From contig NC_043005.1 of NCBI RefSeq assembly GCF_006345805.1, positions 105,152,001 to 105,216,000 of the forward strand: DNA of 64,000 nucleotides, read 5' to 3'. A program made the position numbers and the translations under genes. Below are positions 39,719 to 53,871 of this stretch, piece by piece. How positions within the stretch are numbered: the stretch's first letter is position 1; each line of letters starts with the position of its first letter. The notes under the pieces are model-generated. The model made no database searches. It worked only from the letters and a program-made list of their open reading frames with translations, and had not been told where the DNA came from. The DNA is from Octopus sinensis (taxonomy: Eukaryota).

Positions 39719-40400
39719 TTGTCTGTGTTTGTCTCTCTAGCATTGCTTCACAACCGATGCTGGTGTGTTTACGTCCCTGTCACTTAGCGGTTCGGCAAAA
39801 GAGACCGATAGAATAAGTACTGGGCTTACAAAGAATAAGTCCCGGGGTCGATTTGCTCGACTAAAGGCGGTGCTCCAGCATGGCTGCCGTCAAATGACTG
39901 AAACAAGTAAAACAGTAAAAGAGTAAAGAGTTTGCGTGTCTGTGTTTGTCCCCCAAATATCGCACGACAACCGATGCTGGTGTGTTTACGTCCTCGTAAC
40001 TTAGCGGTTCGGCAAAAGAGACTGATAGAATAAGTACTAGGCTTACAAAGAATAAGTCTTGGGGTCAATTTGCTCGAGTAAAGGCGCTGATCCAGCATGG
40101 CCCACACACACACACACATATATATATGTGTGTGTGTGTGTGCGTGTGTGTTGCGTGTGTGTGTGTGTGTTGTGTGTGTATGTGTGTATATATGTTTGTG
40201 TGTCTATGTTTGTCCCCAACATCACTTGACAACCGATATTGGTATGTTTACGTCCCCGTAACATAGTGGTTTGGCAAAAGAGACCGATATAATAAGTACT
40301 AAGCTTACAAATAATAAGTCCTGGGGTCGATTTGCTCGACTAAAGGCGGTGCTCCAGCATGGCCCCAGTCATGAAACAAGTAAAAGGAGTAAAGGGAGTA
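39531..40400 (+). mobile_element. Cluster of SINE family B pieces (one near-complete copy plus two repeated 3' halves)
   Basis: 3' module repeated at ~39720-39930, 39936-40102 and 40199-40400. Confidence 0.88.
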
Positions 40401-40646
40401 TATGCAGCCAGCGGGAATGCATGCCGTTCGGTTAGAGGGTTGGAGTGACACGCCCAAAAGACTTCCTATTGTGGCACCGGTGTCTTCTGCCAGCCAGCAC
40501 AACTGCGACTTATGCAATGAAATGCACAAATCTTTGAATCGATCTCAAGAGTCGTATCAGGGCCTAACATTGCTTTATCATTGCCTAATTTGAATGATTC
40601 AACCCAGCAATGGCTTTGCTAGTATACTAGAAAGCAGCAGCAGTTG

Positions 40647-40714
<68 letters not shown>

Positions 40715-40749
40715 ACTACTACCACCACCACCACCACCACCACCACCAA

Positions 40750-40805
<56 letters not shown>

Positions 40806-41478
40806 TACTCACGCACACACACATACACGCACACAGAGAAAAACGGAAAGGATTAGACCGACAAAGGAAATGTGTGTGTGTGTGTGTGTGTGTGTTTAAA
40901 TTCTATCTAGATGGATGGATGTACGTATTCTCGATCATGGCATGTAAGCATGTGTGCGTATATGTTTGTAGTTTATGTATATGTAAATATATATATGCAT
41001 TAATGTCTGAATGTAGCTGAGTGCACATTTATGGATATGTATGTATCGGTGCAAATATGTATATAAGTATTTTCTTTGCATTTACGCTGAGGAGAATATG
41101 GGAATGCGTGTATATTGTATAGCTACCTTTATAACTAATTTTGATTGCACGTATGGCTAAGCTTACACACAAACCCATATGTATATACATGCACACACAT
41201 TTTTTGCATGTTTATGAGTTAGTGTATGTATGTCTCTGTCTCTCTCTGTCTCTCTCTGCCTTTCTCTCTCTTTCTTTATAATATATATATATATATATAT
41301 ACAAGCACACATACACACATACATATATACATACATATATGTATATATGTATGTGTGCTTGTGTATATATATATACACATATAAGTATATATATAGACAG
41401 ACAGATAGACAGACAGATAGACAGACAGACATCAGACATACAGACATACAGACAGATATATATATATATATATATAGC

Positions 41479-41515
<37 letters not shown>

Positions 41516-41757
41516 GGATAGATATACCATGTGCATACGCATAAATGCATGCACAGACATATGTCCGTGTCTGTGTGTGTGTGATTGTTGTGTGACTGTG
41601 CACGCGCGAGTGTCGTGTATGTGTGTGCACGTGTGTGTACGTGCGTGTGCGTGTGTCTATATAAGTATGTGCATGGGCATACTTTTCGAATCGGAGTTCC
41701 TTATAACTGTAGTTATTTAGAAGAATTTCACAATAGCGAAGCATAAACAACTGAAAT

Positions 41758-41986
41758 GGTATAGGAGAAAATCGGCATTTTAAGCTTCATAAACAGGCAA
41801 TTTGTATGCGAAGATTGTATGATCGAGTAACGCTTTGAAGCTGGGAGCGTAGTAGTGTGCATACATCTTTATATCTGTATGTATTCTTCAGAAACGCAAG
41901 TATGAACTAATGTATATATGTGTATAGATGCATATATGTATGCGTGTAAGTATATAGATATCTATATCTATCTATCTATCTATCTG

Positions 41987-42039
<53 letters not shown>

Positions 42040-42062
42040 ATGTATATATATATATATATATA

Positions 42063-42104
<42 letters not shown>

Positions 42105-42256
42105 CAAAGAGTGAGAGAGAGAGATACAGACACACATACATAAATACAGATAAGCATATATACTTATATACACATAGATAATCGCGCGCGCACGCACGCA
42201 CTCGCATCTGTACGCACACATACATATACACGTGGGATTACGTTGCTATTACTATG

Positions 42257-42299
<43 letters not shown>

Positions 42300-42436
42300 A
42301 TATATATGTATGTATACATTGTGTATGCATCTGAATAATTGGTTGCATATGTATGTATATTAATGGGAAGCCTCTATGCATGTCGGTACGTGTAAATATA
42401 TGTCAGTATTATCGCATATAAATGTCTTGTAAATGT
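41758..42436. repeat. Source segment of a ~680-bp local inverted duplication
   Basis: Reverse complement recurs at 44446-45104. Confidence 0.92.
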
Positions 42437-42779
42437 GTTTATGTGGATCCATGTATATATATATATATTAGTAGATATTTGTGTATATTATTGCATGTAG
42501 TTATGTCTTTGTTAGCGAAGAAGATTTGTATATAAGCATTTAAGTCTATGCATAAGTGGATGTATATGCATCGGAGTGTATGCATGTAAGACTATATCAT
42601 TGCATGTGGGTATACTCCTGTGTGTAAAATGATGACGTAAAACTTCGAAAAGTGTAGTATTTTAAATGTATATATCAATCTATTATTCAATTCAGAAATG
42701 CCTAACTCGCTACTCGTTTATGGGTGTCCACGTGTTCGTTTCGTAATCTAAGCCGTTGAGAGCAAACACATTGCAGTAG

Positions 42780-43970
42780 TCTAAATCACCCTTTTCTTCT
42801 TTCTAATCAAGGCGTACATTGTTTATTTGTACCTGGCCCCTCCATCTGGCTAGTCAAGTGACCGCGTAAAGAACCTCCTCGTTTGCTCTTCTGTATGTCT
42901 ACAGAACGTGTAAGAACTTTTGTGACGAAATAGAGATGTGTGTTAATATGTGGAGTGATTCCCTGTGTGTAGCCGGCATTAGGCAGTCAGTTCTAGACTA
43001 AATGCTGACAGACTCAAAGTCAACAGTGTAAGCAAGACTTATTTCCAGCAAATTGGATCTGTGTCACCTGGGGCTGACTCCTTGTCTGATCTGGTGGGAA
43101 TGTGGGACACCCTACTGTTGACAGCTAGGGAATGTATTGGTTTTCAAAACCGGGCCAGGAAACGCTTCCTTTCCAGGGAGACTCCCACAGTGGCCAAATG
43201 TAGCCTGAGTGGATCCCCGGGGGTTTGTTTAGGGGATTAAAATGTGGGGCAGTCAAACCTCTGAGGTCCGACAAGGAAAAGTAAGTTAGAGATATTTGTG
43301 AAGAGGTCTAGTCAGCTTCACACGTCAGACTCACGCCTTGTATGCAGAGAAATCGCTATGCTCAGATGGGCGAAGCCTCTTTCTTGATAATCTGGAGTCT
43401 TAAACTCCGATGGCGCGCTTCTGATATAGGAGCCGAAGGTGATGACTCACTGGGCATCGTACTTTGAGATGTTGTATAAGGTGGACTTACCTGTTACTAA
43501 TCTGAATACTACGATGCCTTCAAAGAGTCAGGTGTGATTTGCTGTCTGAAGAGGAGGTTCGTACGGCGGTAAATCGGTTGAAGGATAGGAAGGCAGCCAG
43601 TGTTTTATAGGTCTGCCGCTGTATTGTTCTTGCAGCAGTTCATTTACTCAATCCGAAGCAGCGGCACCATACAAGAGTAGAGGAGGGGTAGGTATATCCC
43701 ACTCAGGAAAGGTAAAGGCGATCGCCACGATTGTAACGATCATAGTGTGTTGCGCACCTCTCAGTATCCGATAAGGTCTTTACCCGAGTCGTCCTGAACT
43801 GGGTGCGAAATCATCTGATCGCTTTTCAGCGGTCGGAGTGGTCAGGGTCCACGCCAAAGAGGACATCTATTGACAGGATCCTGGCTCTTTATGTACTCAT
43901 TGAATGCAAGTAGAACTTTCGGCAGGGGGCTATTGCAGCCTACGTCGACTTCTACAAAATCGGTGGATTT
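42780..43970 (+). mobile_element. Degraded RTE-clade LINE ORF2 fragment
   Basis: EEEVRTAVNRLKDRKAA, IPLRKGKGDRHDCND, SIDRILALYVLIE, AAYVDFYK match RTE RT N-terminal motifs; many stops and frameshifts. Confidence 0.8.
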
Positions 43971-44445
43971 TATATGCTATCATTGTTATTTATTGAACAG
44001 TAACATGATATTCGGTGCTTTTAACAGTTTTCTAGTGATTTTACGATTCCAATGATTGTGGTGGACAGATGTAGTAAAGTCGAGTAAAATGACTTAACTT
44101 AATTTATATTTTTCCATATATTATTTTTGAAAACCAACGCATAGTCAAGAACGACTTAAATCGAAACGACTTAAGCCGAGGTATGCCTGCGTGTTTATGT
44201 GTGTGTGTGTGTGTATGTGTATATATATATGTATATATACGTGCATACACTAACACACAGATATATTTGTGTGTGTATATATATATATACATATATAAAA
44301 AATATATATGCATGCATATATACGTATGTATACACATGCACACACACACACACGCACGCGTGCATACCACCTATTTATGCGGGTGATTGACTAGAGGAAA
44401 GAAAGGTTCTCAACACATTTTGTAAGAATTTCGTATATCTCTTTT

Positions 44446-45104
<659 letters not shown>

Positions 45105-45231
45105 TATTTCGTATATCTCTTTTATTTAAAAGAGTTTGATTCGGTTTCATGCAACTGAAAATTCTGTAAGAAGCCTGCATATTGCCAAATCAAAATGTTT
45201 TAAATAATAACAAAAACAACAACAATAATAA

Positions 45232-45444
45232 TATTTTCTACTATAGGCACAATGTCTGAAATTTCGGCGGAGGGGACTGGTCGATTACATCGTTCCCAGT
45301 GTTTCGTTGGTACTTAATTTATCGACCCCGAAAGGATGAAAGGCAAAGTAGACCTCGGCGGGATTTGAACTCAGAACGTAAGGACGGACGAATGCCGCTA
45401 AGCATTTTGCCCGGGATGCTAACGATTCTGCCAGCTCGCTGCCT
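45232..45444 (-). mobile_element. SINE family A with alternative 3' tail
   Basis: Head and central block as family A; tail ...ttgtgcctatagtagaaaatattatt. Confidence 0.85.
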
Positions 45445-45474
45445 TCACACAACAATAATGATAATGATAATACA

Positions 45475-45538
<64 letters not shown>

Positions 45539-45539
<1 letters not shown>

Positions 45540-45885
45540 TAGCTGAGGTACCCGGTAATACCCGGGAGCGGGAATTTTCCGAGTACCCATTACAATGCCT
45601 AATTTCTCTTAGACGAAAAATTAAATCAAGCGTAAGCAAATTCATTCACGAAAAAATAAAACAAAAAATACATGTGGATTGTAAAGGAGTGCTATGTAAA
45701 AAAACAAAAACGACTGTGTTTCTTGGGTATAGTTCCACTGATCATGAGAATCAAATATCGATTGAAACGGTTCCCGATTTTTCAAAAATTCCGAGTGAGT
45801 AAGTGACCGCATGGGCATAAGCTCCACACACGTTTCAAGCTTCATCAAGAATGGTTGGATAGTCTCGGAGGAGCTAAAGTAACAA

Positions 45886-45890
<5 letters not shown>
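45539..45890 (-). mobile_element. Helitron-like non-autonomous element
   Basis: Minus strand ends cccgggtattaccgggtacctcagCTAG then T. Confidence 0.65.
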
Positions 45891-45942
<52 letters not shown>

Positions 45943-46640
45943 ACACAATCAATGGTGGAAAAGAAGTCCCAACTTTCTTAAGCAAGTTGGGGCCCACATG
46001 AAAGTATCCCCTGTCTTAAAAGGCTGATATAAGATCCTGAACCTTCTGTGAGAGTTAAGGTTCATGTAGTAACTTAATGCAAACCTGAACTCCGAAAGTA
46101 ATCGCAAGATAAGAGGGGGTGTACTGATAAGTTAAACGTTGTATATAAGTAGTAGTTTGTATAAATGTAGTTTGATTGTTAGTATATCTATGGTTATGCT
46201 TGAAATACTGAATAGAAAATATTGAGAAATAAAATGCACTTACCTATTTAAAACCCGAAACGCTGAGGAATTAAATCAATGAATTGAAAGAATAAGTTTT
46301 AGCAAATGAAAACGATTCGTATTGAAATGCAGAATTAGTAAATGCTAATGAGATGACCGTTAATAAGATGTCTGTTTATACCTATGAAACATATTTTGTC
46401 GAATTTCAGCATTTTTCGTCAAATTGAAATCTATATTAATGAGTAAGACCAATTTGACGAAAAAATGGCCAGAGTCTGGTAGTAAACCCGTGTCGATGTC
46501 ATTTTTGTGCATGTGCATCCTTGGCGCATATTCTATATGTGTAAAAATTTTCAAGAAAATCGGTTGAAAATTTTAAAAGTAATAAATTCACAAACACACA
46601 ACACACACTGCTAGAAACTGACAGAAATTGCCATTCATAC

Positions 46641-46673
<33 letters not shown>

Positions 46674-46702
46674 ATATATATTATATATATATATATATCA
46701 TA

Positions 46703-47061
46703 GCACTCCGTATGTTACGACTGCGAGTATTCCAGTTGATCCGATGAACGGAACAGCCTCCTCGTGAAATTAACGTGCAAGTGGCTGAGCACTCCACAGA
46801 CACGTGTACCCTTAACGCAGTTCTCGGTGAGATTCAGCGTGACAGAGTGTGTGGCCTTTTGATATACAGGTACAACAGAAACAGGAAGAAAGTGTGAAAG
46901 TTGTGCTGAAAGAAAAGGGTTCGTTACCACCCCATGCCGGAGCCTCGTGGAGCTTTAGGTGTTTTCGCTCAATCAACATTCACAAAGCCCGGTCTGGGAA
47001 TCGAAACTGCGATCCCACAACCGCGAGTCCACTGCCCTAATCACTGGGCCATCACGCCTCC
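46703..47061 (-). mobile_element. SINE family C
   Basis: Reverse complement of 37296-37676. Confidence 0.9.
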
Positions 47062-47075
47062 ACCATAATATATAC

Positions 47076-47233
47076 AGGAGTGTCTGTGTGGTAAGCAGCT
47101 TGCTTACCAACCATATGGTTCCGGGTTCAGTCCCACTGCGTGGTACCTTGGGCAAGTGTCTTCTACTGTAGCCTCGGGCCGACAAAAGCCTTGTGAGTGG
47201 ATTTGGAAGACGGTAACTGAAAGAAACCTGTCG

Positions 47234-47264
<31 letters not shown>

Positions 47265-47455
47265 TTGTCCCTCCAACATCGTTTGACAACCGATGGTGGT
47301 GTGTTTGCGTCCCCGTAACTTAGAGGTTCGGTAAAAGAGACCGATAGAATAAGTACTAGGCTTACAAAGAATAAGTCCTGGGATCGATTTACTCGACTAA
47401 AGGCGGTGCTCTAGCATGGCCGCAGTAAAAGGACTGGAACAAGTAAAAGAGTAAA
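47076..47455 (+). mobile_element. SINE family B, full length
   Basis: Matches 22574-23007. Confidence 0.92.
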
Positions 47456-47519
47456 GGGTGCATATATATATAAATATACATATACATATACATATAAATA
47501 TATACATATACATATACAT

Positions 47520-47553
<34 letters not shown>

Positions 47554-47580
47554 GTGTGTGTGTATGTGAATATATATGAA

Positions 47581-47616
<36 letters not shown>

Positions 47617-48084
47617 GAGAGAGAGAGACATACACAACCACACACACACACACGTGCTATTACACACAGACACAAAGAACTGCGCGGCGCACGCACATTC
47701 CCACACATACACACACATACATCCTTCACTTACACTCTCCTGTCTTAGAAAGGACTTTTTCTTCACCCATTCCCTTTCGGTTATTTGAAAATGTTACCAC
47801 ATGTGAATCGTGCCGTTTGGCAGCCTACCGGCAAATACACATGGCTGTTGTGTTAAGTATATGAGGTTAATTATAAATATATTTTGTTTTTACCACATAT
47901 ACTTAGCATAAAAGCCACGTGTATTTGCCGGTGTATATACATACAGACAAACATACATAAACACACACAAACACACACCCCAACCCCCACACATGCACAT
48001 CCACACACACATATTTTTATAAGCATACATTTTCTTAGATACATAAATCTCTCCAAATATGAATATATATTTTTAAGTGTGTTT

Positions 48085-48093
48085 GTACGTACG

Positions 48094-48127
<34 letters not shown>

Positions 48128-48197
48128 TGTATGTATGTATGTATGTATGTATGTATGTATGTATGTATGTATGTATATATGTATGTATGTATGTATG

Positions 48198-48231
<34 letters not shown>

Positions 48232-48269
48232 TGTATGTATGTATGTATGTATATATGTATGTATGTATG

Positions 48270-48303
<34 letters not shown>

Positions 48304-48436
48304 TGTATGTATATATGTAAGCATGTATGTATCTATGTATGGATGTATGTATATATGTATGTATGTATCATGTATGTATGTATGTATGTATGTATGTATA
48401 TATGTAAGCATGTATGTATCTATGTATGGATGTATG

Positions 48437-48470
<34 letters not shown>

Positions 48471-48850
48471 TGTATGTATGTATGTATGTATGTATATATG
48501 TAAGCATGTATGTATCTATGTATGGATGTATGTATATATGTATGTATGTATCATGTATGTATGTATGTATGTATGTATGTATGTATGTATGTATGTATGT
48601 ATGTATGTATATTGTATGTATGTATGTATGTATGTATGTATATTGTATGTATGTATGTATGTATCATGTATGTATGTATGTATGTATGTATGTATGTATG
48701 TATGTATGTATGTATGTATGTATGTATGTATCATGTATGTATGTATGTATGTATGTATGTATTTATGTATTTATGTATGTATGTATTTATGTATGTATGT
48801 ATGTATGTATGTATCTATGCATGTATGTATGTAGGTAGGTATGTCTGTAT
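48085..48850. repeat. ~760-bp (TATG)n with three higher-order copies of a variant unit
   Basis: Visible; gtaagcatgtatgtatctatgtatggatg recurs three times. Confidence 0.95.
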
Positions 48851-49064
48851 GTATATACATATCTAAGCAAATTTTCTGTGTGGCGATTTCAAAATGAAAT
48901 CTTTTGGTAGAAACGTATTTTGAAGGATACTCCATAAGTCCCATGTACATTTGTAAGGTATATGTACAGATAAACCTATCGCATGCATTGTTTTTATGAA
49001 TGCATTTTAGAAGCAAATACTTGTTTGGCAAATTACATAACGGTTCTCTCCCTTTTATATTTTA

Positions 49065-49225
49065 CCTATTTCAGTCATTAGACCTCTGCCTTGCTGGGGT
49101 ACCGTCTTGAACTTTTAGTCGAATAAATCCACCCCAGGACTTATGTTTAAGCCTGGTACTTATTCTATCTATCTGTTTCGCCAAACCGCTCAGTTACGGG
49201 AATGAAAGCACACCAACATCGGTTG
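49065..49225 (-). mobile_element. SINE family B 3' half (diverged)
   Basis: Reverse-complement similarity to the family B tail. Confidence 0.7.
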
Positions 49226-49296
49226 GTGAGGGGGTGGGGGACAAAAACACACACACAAAAACACACGCGCACACGCACATACTCACAATAATATAT

Positions 49297-50052
49297 AGTT
49301 GTGTGGTAAAAGGCTTGCTTCTCAACCATATGATTCCGAGTTCAGTCCCACTTGATGGCACCTTGGGCCTCAGGCCGACCAAAAACTTGTGAGAAAATTT
49401 GGTAGACGGAAACTGAAAGTAGCAAGTCGTATGTGTATGTGTATATATATATATATTTGTGTGGTCACCACACAATATAAAACTAACAGCAGAACTAGAA
49501 GCAATTCAGAGAAGCTACACAAAGAAAATCGTCTCAATGCAAAATATCAGCTACTGGGAAAGACTGAAGGTATTAAACCTCTTTTCCCTAGAGCGGAGGC
49601 GGGAGAGATATGCGGTGATATACATCTGGAAAATCCTGGGGGGTCTTGTCCCAAACTTTGGCATTCAAAGTTACCCCAACCGCAGAACGGGGCGCCACTG
49701 AGTGGTGCCAAGGGTTCCAACATCACCATCAAAATACAGGTCCAGATACTCCAACAGCTTGGGTTTCAGAGGACCACAGCTCTTTAACATCCTCCCTAAA
49801 TGCCTGAGAGACTTACATGGTGTGGATGGGTTTCTTTAAAACTAAACTGGATCTCTTCTTGTTGGGAGTCCAGATGAACCTACCTCACGACAGGAGACGC
49901 GGATGCGGGCAGCAGCATCGAACTCCTGTTGATCAAGTGCCACGTATCAGAGGTGGATTCACAAATTAGTGTAGCTCATTCAGCGGTGGTGCCCCAGCAT
50001 GGGCCGCGGCCTTGGGCTAAAGCATTTTTAAGGATTTAAGGATTTATATATA

Positions 50053-50110
<58 letters not shown>

Positions 50111-50346
50111 ATATACATATATATATACAGATATATACATATATATAAATATATATATATATATATTTCGCTTGACAACCGATGCTGGTGTGTTTACGTC
50201 CCTCTAAAATAGCGGTTCGACAAATGTAACGATAGAATAAGTACTAGGCTTACAAAGTATATAAATCGTGGGGTCAAGTTGCTCGACTAAAGGCCGTGCT
50301 GCAGGTTGGCCACAGTCAAATGACTGGAACAAGTAAAAGAGTAAAG
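49297..50346 (+). mobile_element. SINE family B copy split by a LINE insertion in its internal TA repeat
   Basis: 5' half 49297-49450, 3' half 50167-50346. Confidence 0.8.
49459..50046 (+). mobile_element. 5'-truncated copy of the CR1-group LINE at 30186-33675
   Basis: WSPHNIKLTAELEAIQRSYTKK... and a near-identical 3' UTR and tail. Confidence 0.95.
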
Positions 50347-50356
50347 TGAGAGTGTG

Positions 50357-50400
<44 letters not shown>

Positions 50401-50425
50401 CCGAGATGACAATTCTCGCTTCTAT

Positions 50426-50484
50426 TTTAACAAAACTGTCCGACGAACGGGATCGTGAAACTCCGAGTAACAGCTTTTGTTAAA
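50426..50484 (+). ncRNA. Type I minimal hammerhead ribozyme (U4C core variant) in a Penelope-type repeat fragment
   Basis: Stem I tttaacaaaactgt/acag(c)ttttgttaaa; CCGACGA 50440-50446; stem II acg-ggat-cgt; GAAA 50457-50460; stem III Act-ccg-agT; GUA site after 50469. Confidence 0.75.
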
Positions 50485-50597
50485 TTTCTGCTGCTTTTAA
50501 ATAAAGCATATTACTCTACCTCTGGCATTTGAGTACTCTTTTTTCCACCTTGTTTCACATTTATGTGTTTACTCCGGTATATATATATATATACTAT

Positions 50598-51000
50598 TTT
50601 ACTCTTTTACTCTATTACGTGTTTCAGTCATTCGACTGCGGCCATGCTGGAGCACCGCCTTTAGTCGAGCAAATCCACTCCGGGACTTATTCTTTGTAAG
50701 CCCAGTACTTATTCTATCGGTCTCTTTTGCTGAACCGCTAATTTTACGGGAACGTAAACACACCAGCATCGGTTGTCAAGCAATGCTAGGGAGACAAACG
50801 CAGACACACAAACACACACATACATATATATATATATACATATATACGACAGGCTTTTTTCAGTTTCCGTCTACCAAATCCACTCACAAGGCATTGGTCG
50901 GCCCGGAGCTATAGCAGAAGACACTTGCCCAAGGTGCCACGCTTTGGGACTGAACCCGGAACCATGTGGTTGGTTAGCAAGCTACTTACCACACAGCCAC
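50598..51000 (-). mobile_element. SINE family B, full length
   Basis: Reverse complement of family B. Confidence 0.92.
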
Positions 51001-51464
51001 TATATATATATATGTATATGTATATATGTATAAAATTATATATGTATGCTTGTATGTATTTATATGTCCTCACACGCATATATGCATACAAGCACATACA
51101 TGTATATGTATATATGTGTTTGTATTAAATAGACGAAGAAACATATAAAGAGAAACGGAGAGAGAGAGAGGGGGAGAGAGGAAGGCAAAGGCGAGCGAGA
51201 GAATGGAAGGGAGAGAGAGAGAGAATGAACCGGTAAGATAGAGAGTTGGATAGAATTACGATGATAAAGTGTGAAAGAAAAATAGGTCCAGGAATTGAGG
51301 AGAACATAGAGAGATGAAGGTGAGAGATAATGTGAACTGAAGAGGATAAAATATATAGAATAAAGATAATATGGGAGTAAGGGGAGATAATCGATGATAG
51401 ATGAGGTGGCGAGGATTAGGGAAACGAAGAGATATACAAAGGTGGAGATAAATATAATACATCG

Positions 51465-52011
51465 TCAGTATCATCACTATCATCATTATTATCACCTAAA
51501 CATCACCGTTATCTGTTATCATCATCATCATCATTATCTTCGTCATCATCGTAGTCGTTGTCGTGGTCGTCCTCACCACCACCACCACCACCACCACCAC
51601 AACCACCACCACCACTACCACCACTATCATAATCATCTTCCTGATCATTATGAGTAACAATTGCTCACAACAACAACAAAAATGACAGCGTGACCATCAC
51701 CCTGCAAAAAGAACGGGGAGCGGCTACAGGAACATCATTATGATAACCATCATCATCATCACAGTCGTTCTCGTCATCATCCACCACCACCACCACCACC
51801 ATCGTCATCGTCATCATCATCATCATCATTATCATCATCATCCATAACAACAACCAAAGACGACGTGAGACGCTTCAAGAAGAAGAACAACAACAACAAC
51901 AACAATCGACCAATAACAACATCAACGAAAAAAAAACATTTCAATAACAACATCAACGAAAACGTGAAAAACTTCAATAACAACAACAGCGACATCACCA
52001 TGAATAACAGC

Positions 52012-52072
<61 letters not shown>

Positions 52073-52238
52073 CTGTAACGTGACAGAATGATCAAAGGGT
52101 TGCTTCTTGTCTCCAAACTGTACACTTTGTAGTTCCTGGGGAATTATGTTAACGACTTCCGGTCAGAGAGCCTTCAATTACACCACTAGGCGGTGTTGTT
52201 GCCGTTGGTGATAGTGGTGATCGCGATGACGACGACGA

Positions 52239-52272
<34 letters not shown>

Positions 52273-52950
52273 GGTGGTGGTGATGGCAGTGATCACGTAT
52301 ATGTTGGTGGTGTCCGTGATGAAGGCGACGGTTGAAGTGTATAGCGCTGAAAAAGGTGCTGCTGGACATGACGACGATGATGGTGGTGGTGGTGGTGGTG
52401 GTGGTGGTGTGTAGTTGTGGCGATGATGATGATTATAGAGATGGCAATGGTAGCGAGACGCATGCCAATGATCATGGTGGTGGTGGTGGTAGTGGTGGTG
52501 TGTAGTTGTGGCGATGATGATGATTATAGAGATGGCAGTGGTAGCGAGACGCATGCCAATGATCATGGTGGTGGTGGTGGTGGTAATGTGATGGTGGCAA
52601 TAATGGTGATGGCGGAGACAGGGACGGTGATGTGGTGGAGACCATTCGGTCTTCATTGGCGGTGTTGGTAGTGGTCGTAGTGGTGGCATTCAGGCGTCAG
52701 TAGTCTCAGTGATGACGTAGGAGGTGGTGATGATGACATCGGTGATAATGGAGTTGTGATGATAATGATGATTATAGTGGTAGTGGTGGTGGTGGTGATG
52801 GTGGTTGTGTTTGTATTGTAGTTCTTGATCCTGTTGTTATTGTTGTTATTATTGTTGTTATTGTTAATGTTGATATTGAATTAGTTGTTGTTCTTGTTGT
52901 TTTTGTTGTTGTTAGTGTTGGCGGAGGTGGTGGTGGTGGTGGTGATTGGT
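51465..52950. repeat. Trinucleotide repeat region (CAT/CAC/AAC, then GGT/GAT/GTT) including a ~90-bp tandem duplication at 52408-52585
   Basis: Visible repeats; gtgtagttgtggcgatg...gagacgcatgccaatgatcatgg occurs twice. Confidence 0.9.
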
Positions 52951-53194
52951 TAGTTTTGTTATTTCTGATGTTTTTGCCGCGTTACTTCAGTTATTTGGTT
53001 GTTTGTAACTCTTAGAATTCTTGGTCTGTGTCAGTTGATCTGTGTAGTAGACACATGAATGTGTCTATATGTGTGTATATGTATTGGAATCTGTGTGTAT
53101 ATCTATAGGAATCTGTGTGTGTGTGTTTGTGTGTGTGTGCATGTATATGTATGTGCGCGTGTTGTAACGCTATGCGTGTGTTTGTGATGGTTTG

Positions 53195-53294
53195 NNNNNN
53201 NNNNNNNNNNNNNNNNNNNNNNNNNNNNNNNNNNNNNNNNNNNNNNNNNNNNNNNNNNNNNNNNNNNNNNNNNNNNNNNNNNNNNNNNNNNNNN
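53195..53294. other. Assembly gap (100 N)
   Basis: Run of n. Confidence 1.
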
Positions 53295-53339
53295 TTTTGT
53301 GGAACAAAATCCTAGGCTTAGCTAAAAGAAGCAGAGAGC

Positions 53340-53870
53340 CTAATTGTAGCAGCCCCGGATCAAGCGATAAAAACAAACAGCTTGAGAGAAAATGCATATG
53401 GAAAAGATGTCCGCAAAATATAGAGTCTGTGGAACTTGGAACAAGCTAGTGGCACACATTGTTACATTATGTCCCAAGCTGGCACAGAAGAAATATGCGA
53501 AATGAAGGCATGACCAAGTTGTAAAGGTTTTACACTAGAAGCTCTGTCAGAAATGGGGATTTGAAGTTGGAGACATATAGAATTAATATCGGGTCGAAGC
53601 AGTGCTGGAGTCGGAGAACTAAGATTTTGTGGGACTTATTCAAACGGACAAGAAGCTAGAAAATAATAAACCAATAATAGACAAGGAAAAGCGAAGTTGC
53701 TTATTAATTGATCCATCATGTCCGTTTGATCGCAGGGTCGTTAAGAAAGAAGACGAAAAAAGAAAGATACAATCCCTTAAAATTTGAAATTGCAAGACTT
53801 TGGAATATGAAAAGTGTAAAAGTTGTGCCTATAATAATTGGTACACCGGGAAGTGTAAGCAAAGATATAG
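53340..53870 (+). mobile_element. R4/Dong-like non-LTR retrotransposon C-terminal relic (zinc knuckle + restriction-like endonuclease)
   Basis: HIVTLCPKLAQ, RHDQV, IQTDKKLENNKP, LLIDPSCPFD, EIARLWNMKSVKVVPIIIG. Confidence 0.8.
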
Positions 53871-53871
53871 A

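Noticed and set aside
39720-40400. Repeat-spacer pattern resembling a CRISPR array
   Set aside because: Units are SINE B 3' halves separated by microsatellites in a eukaryotic context; no cas genes.
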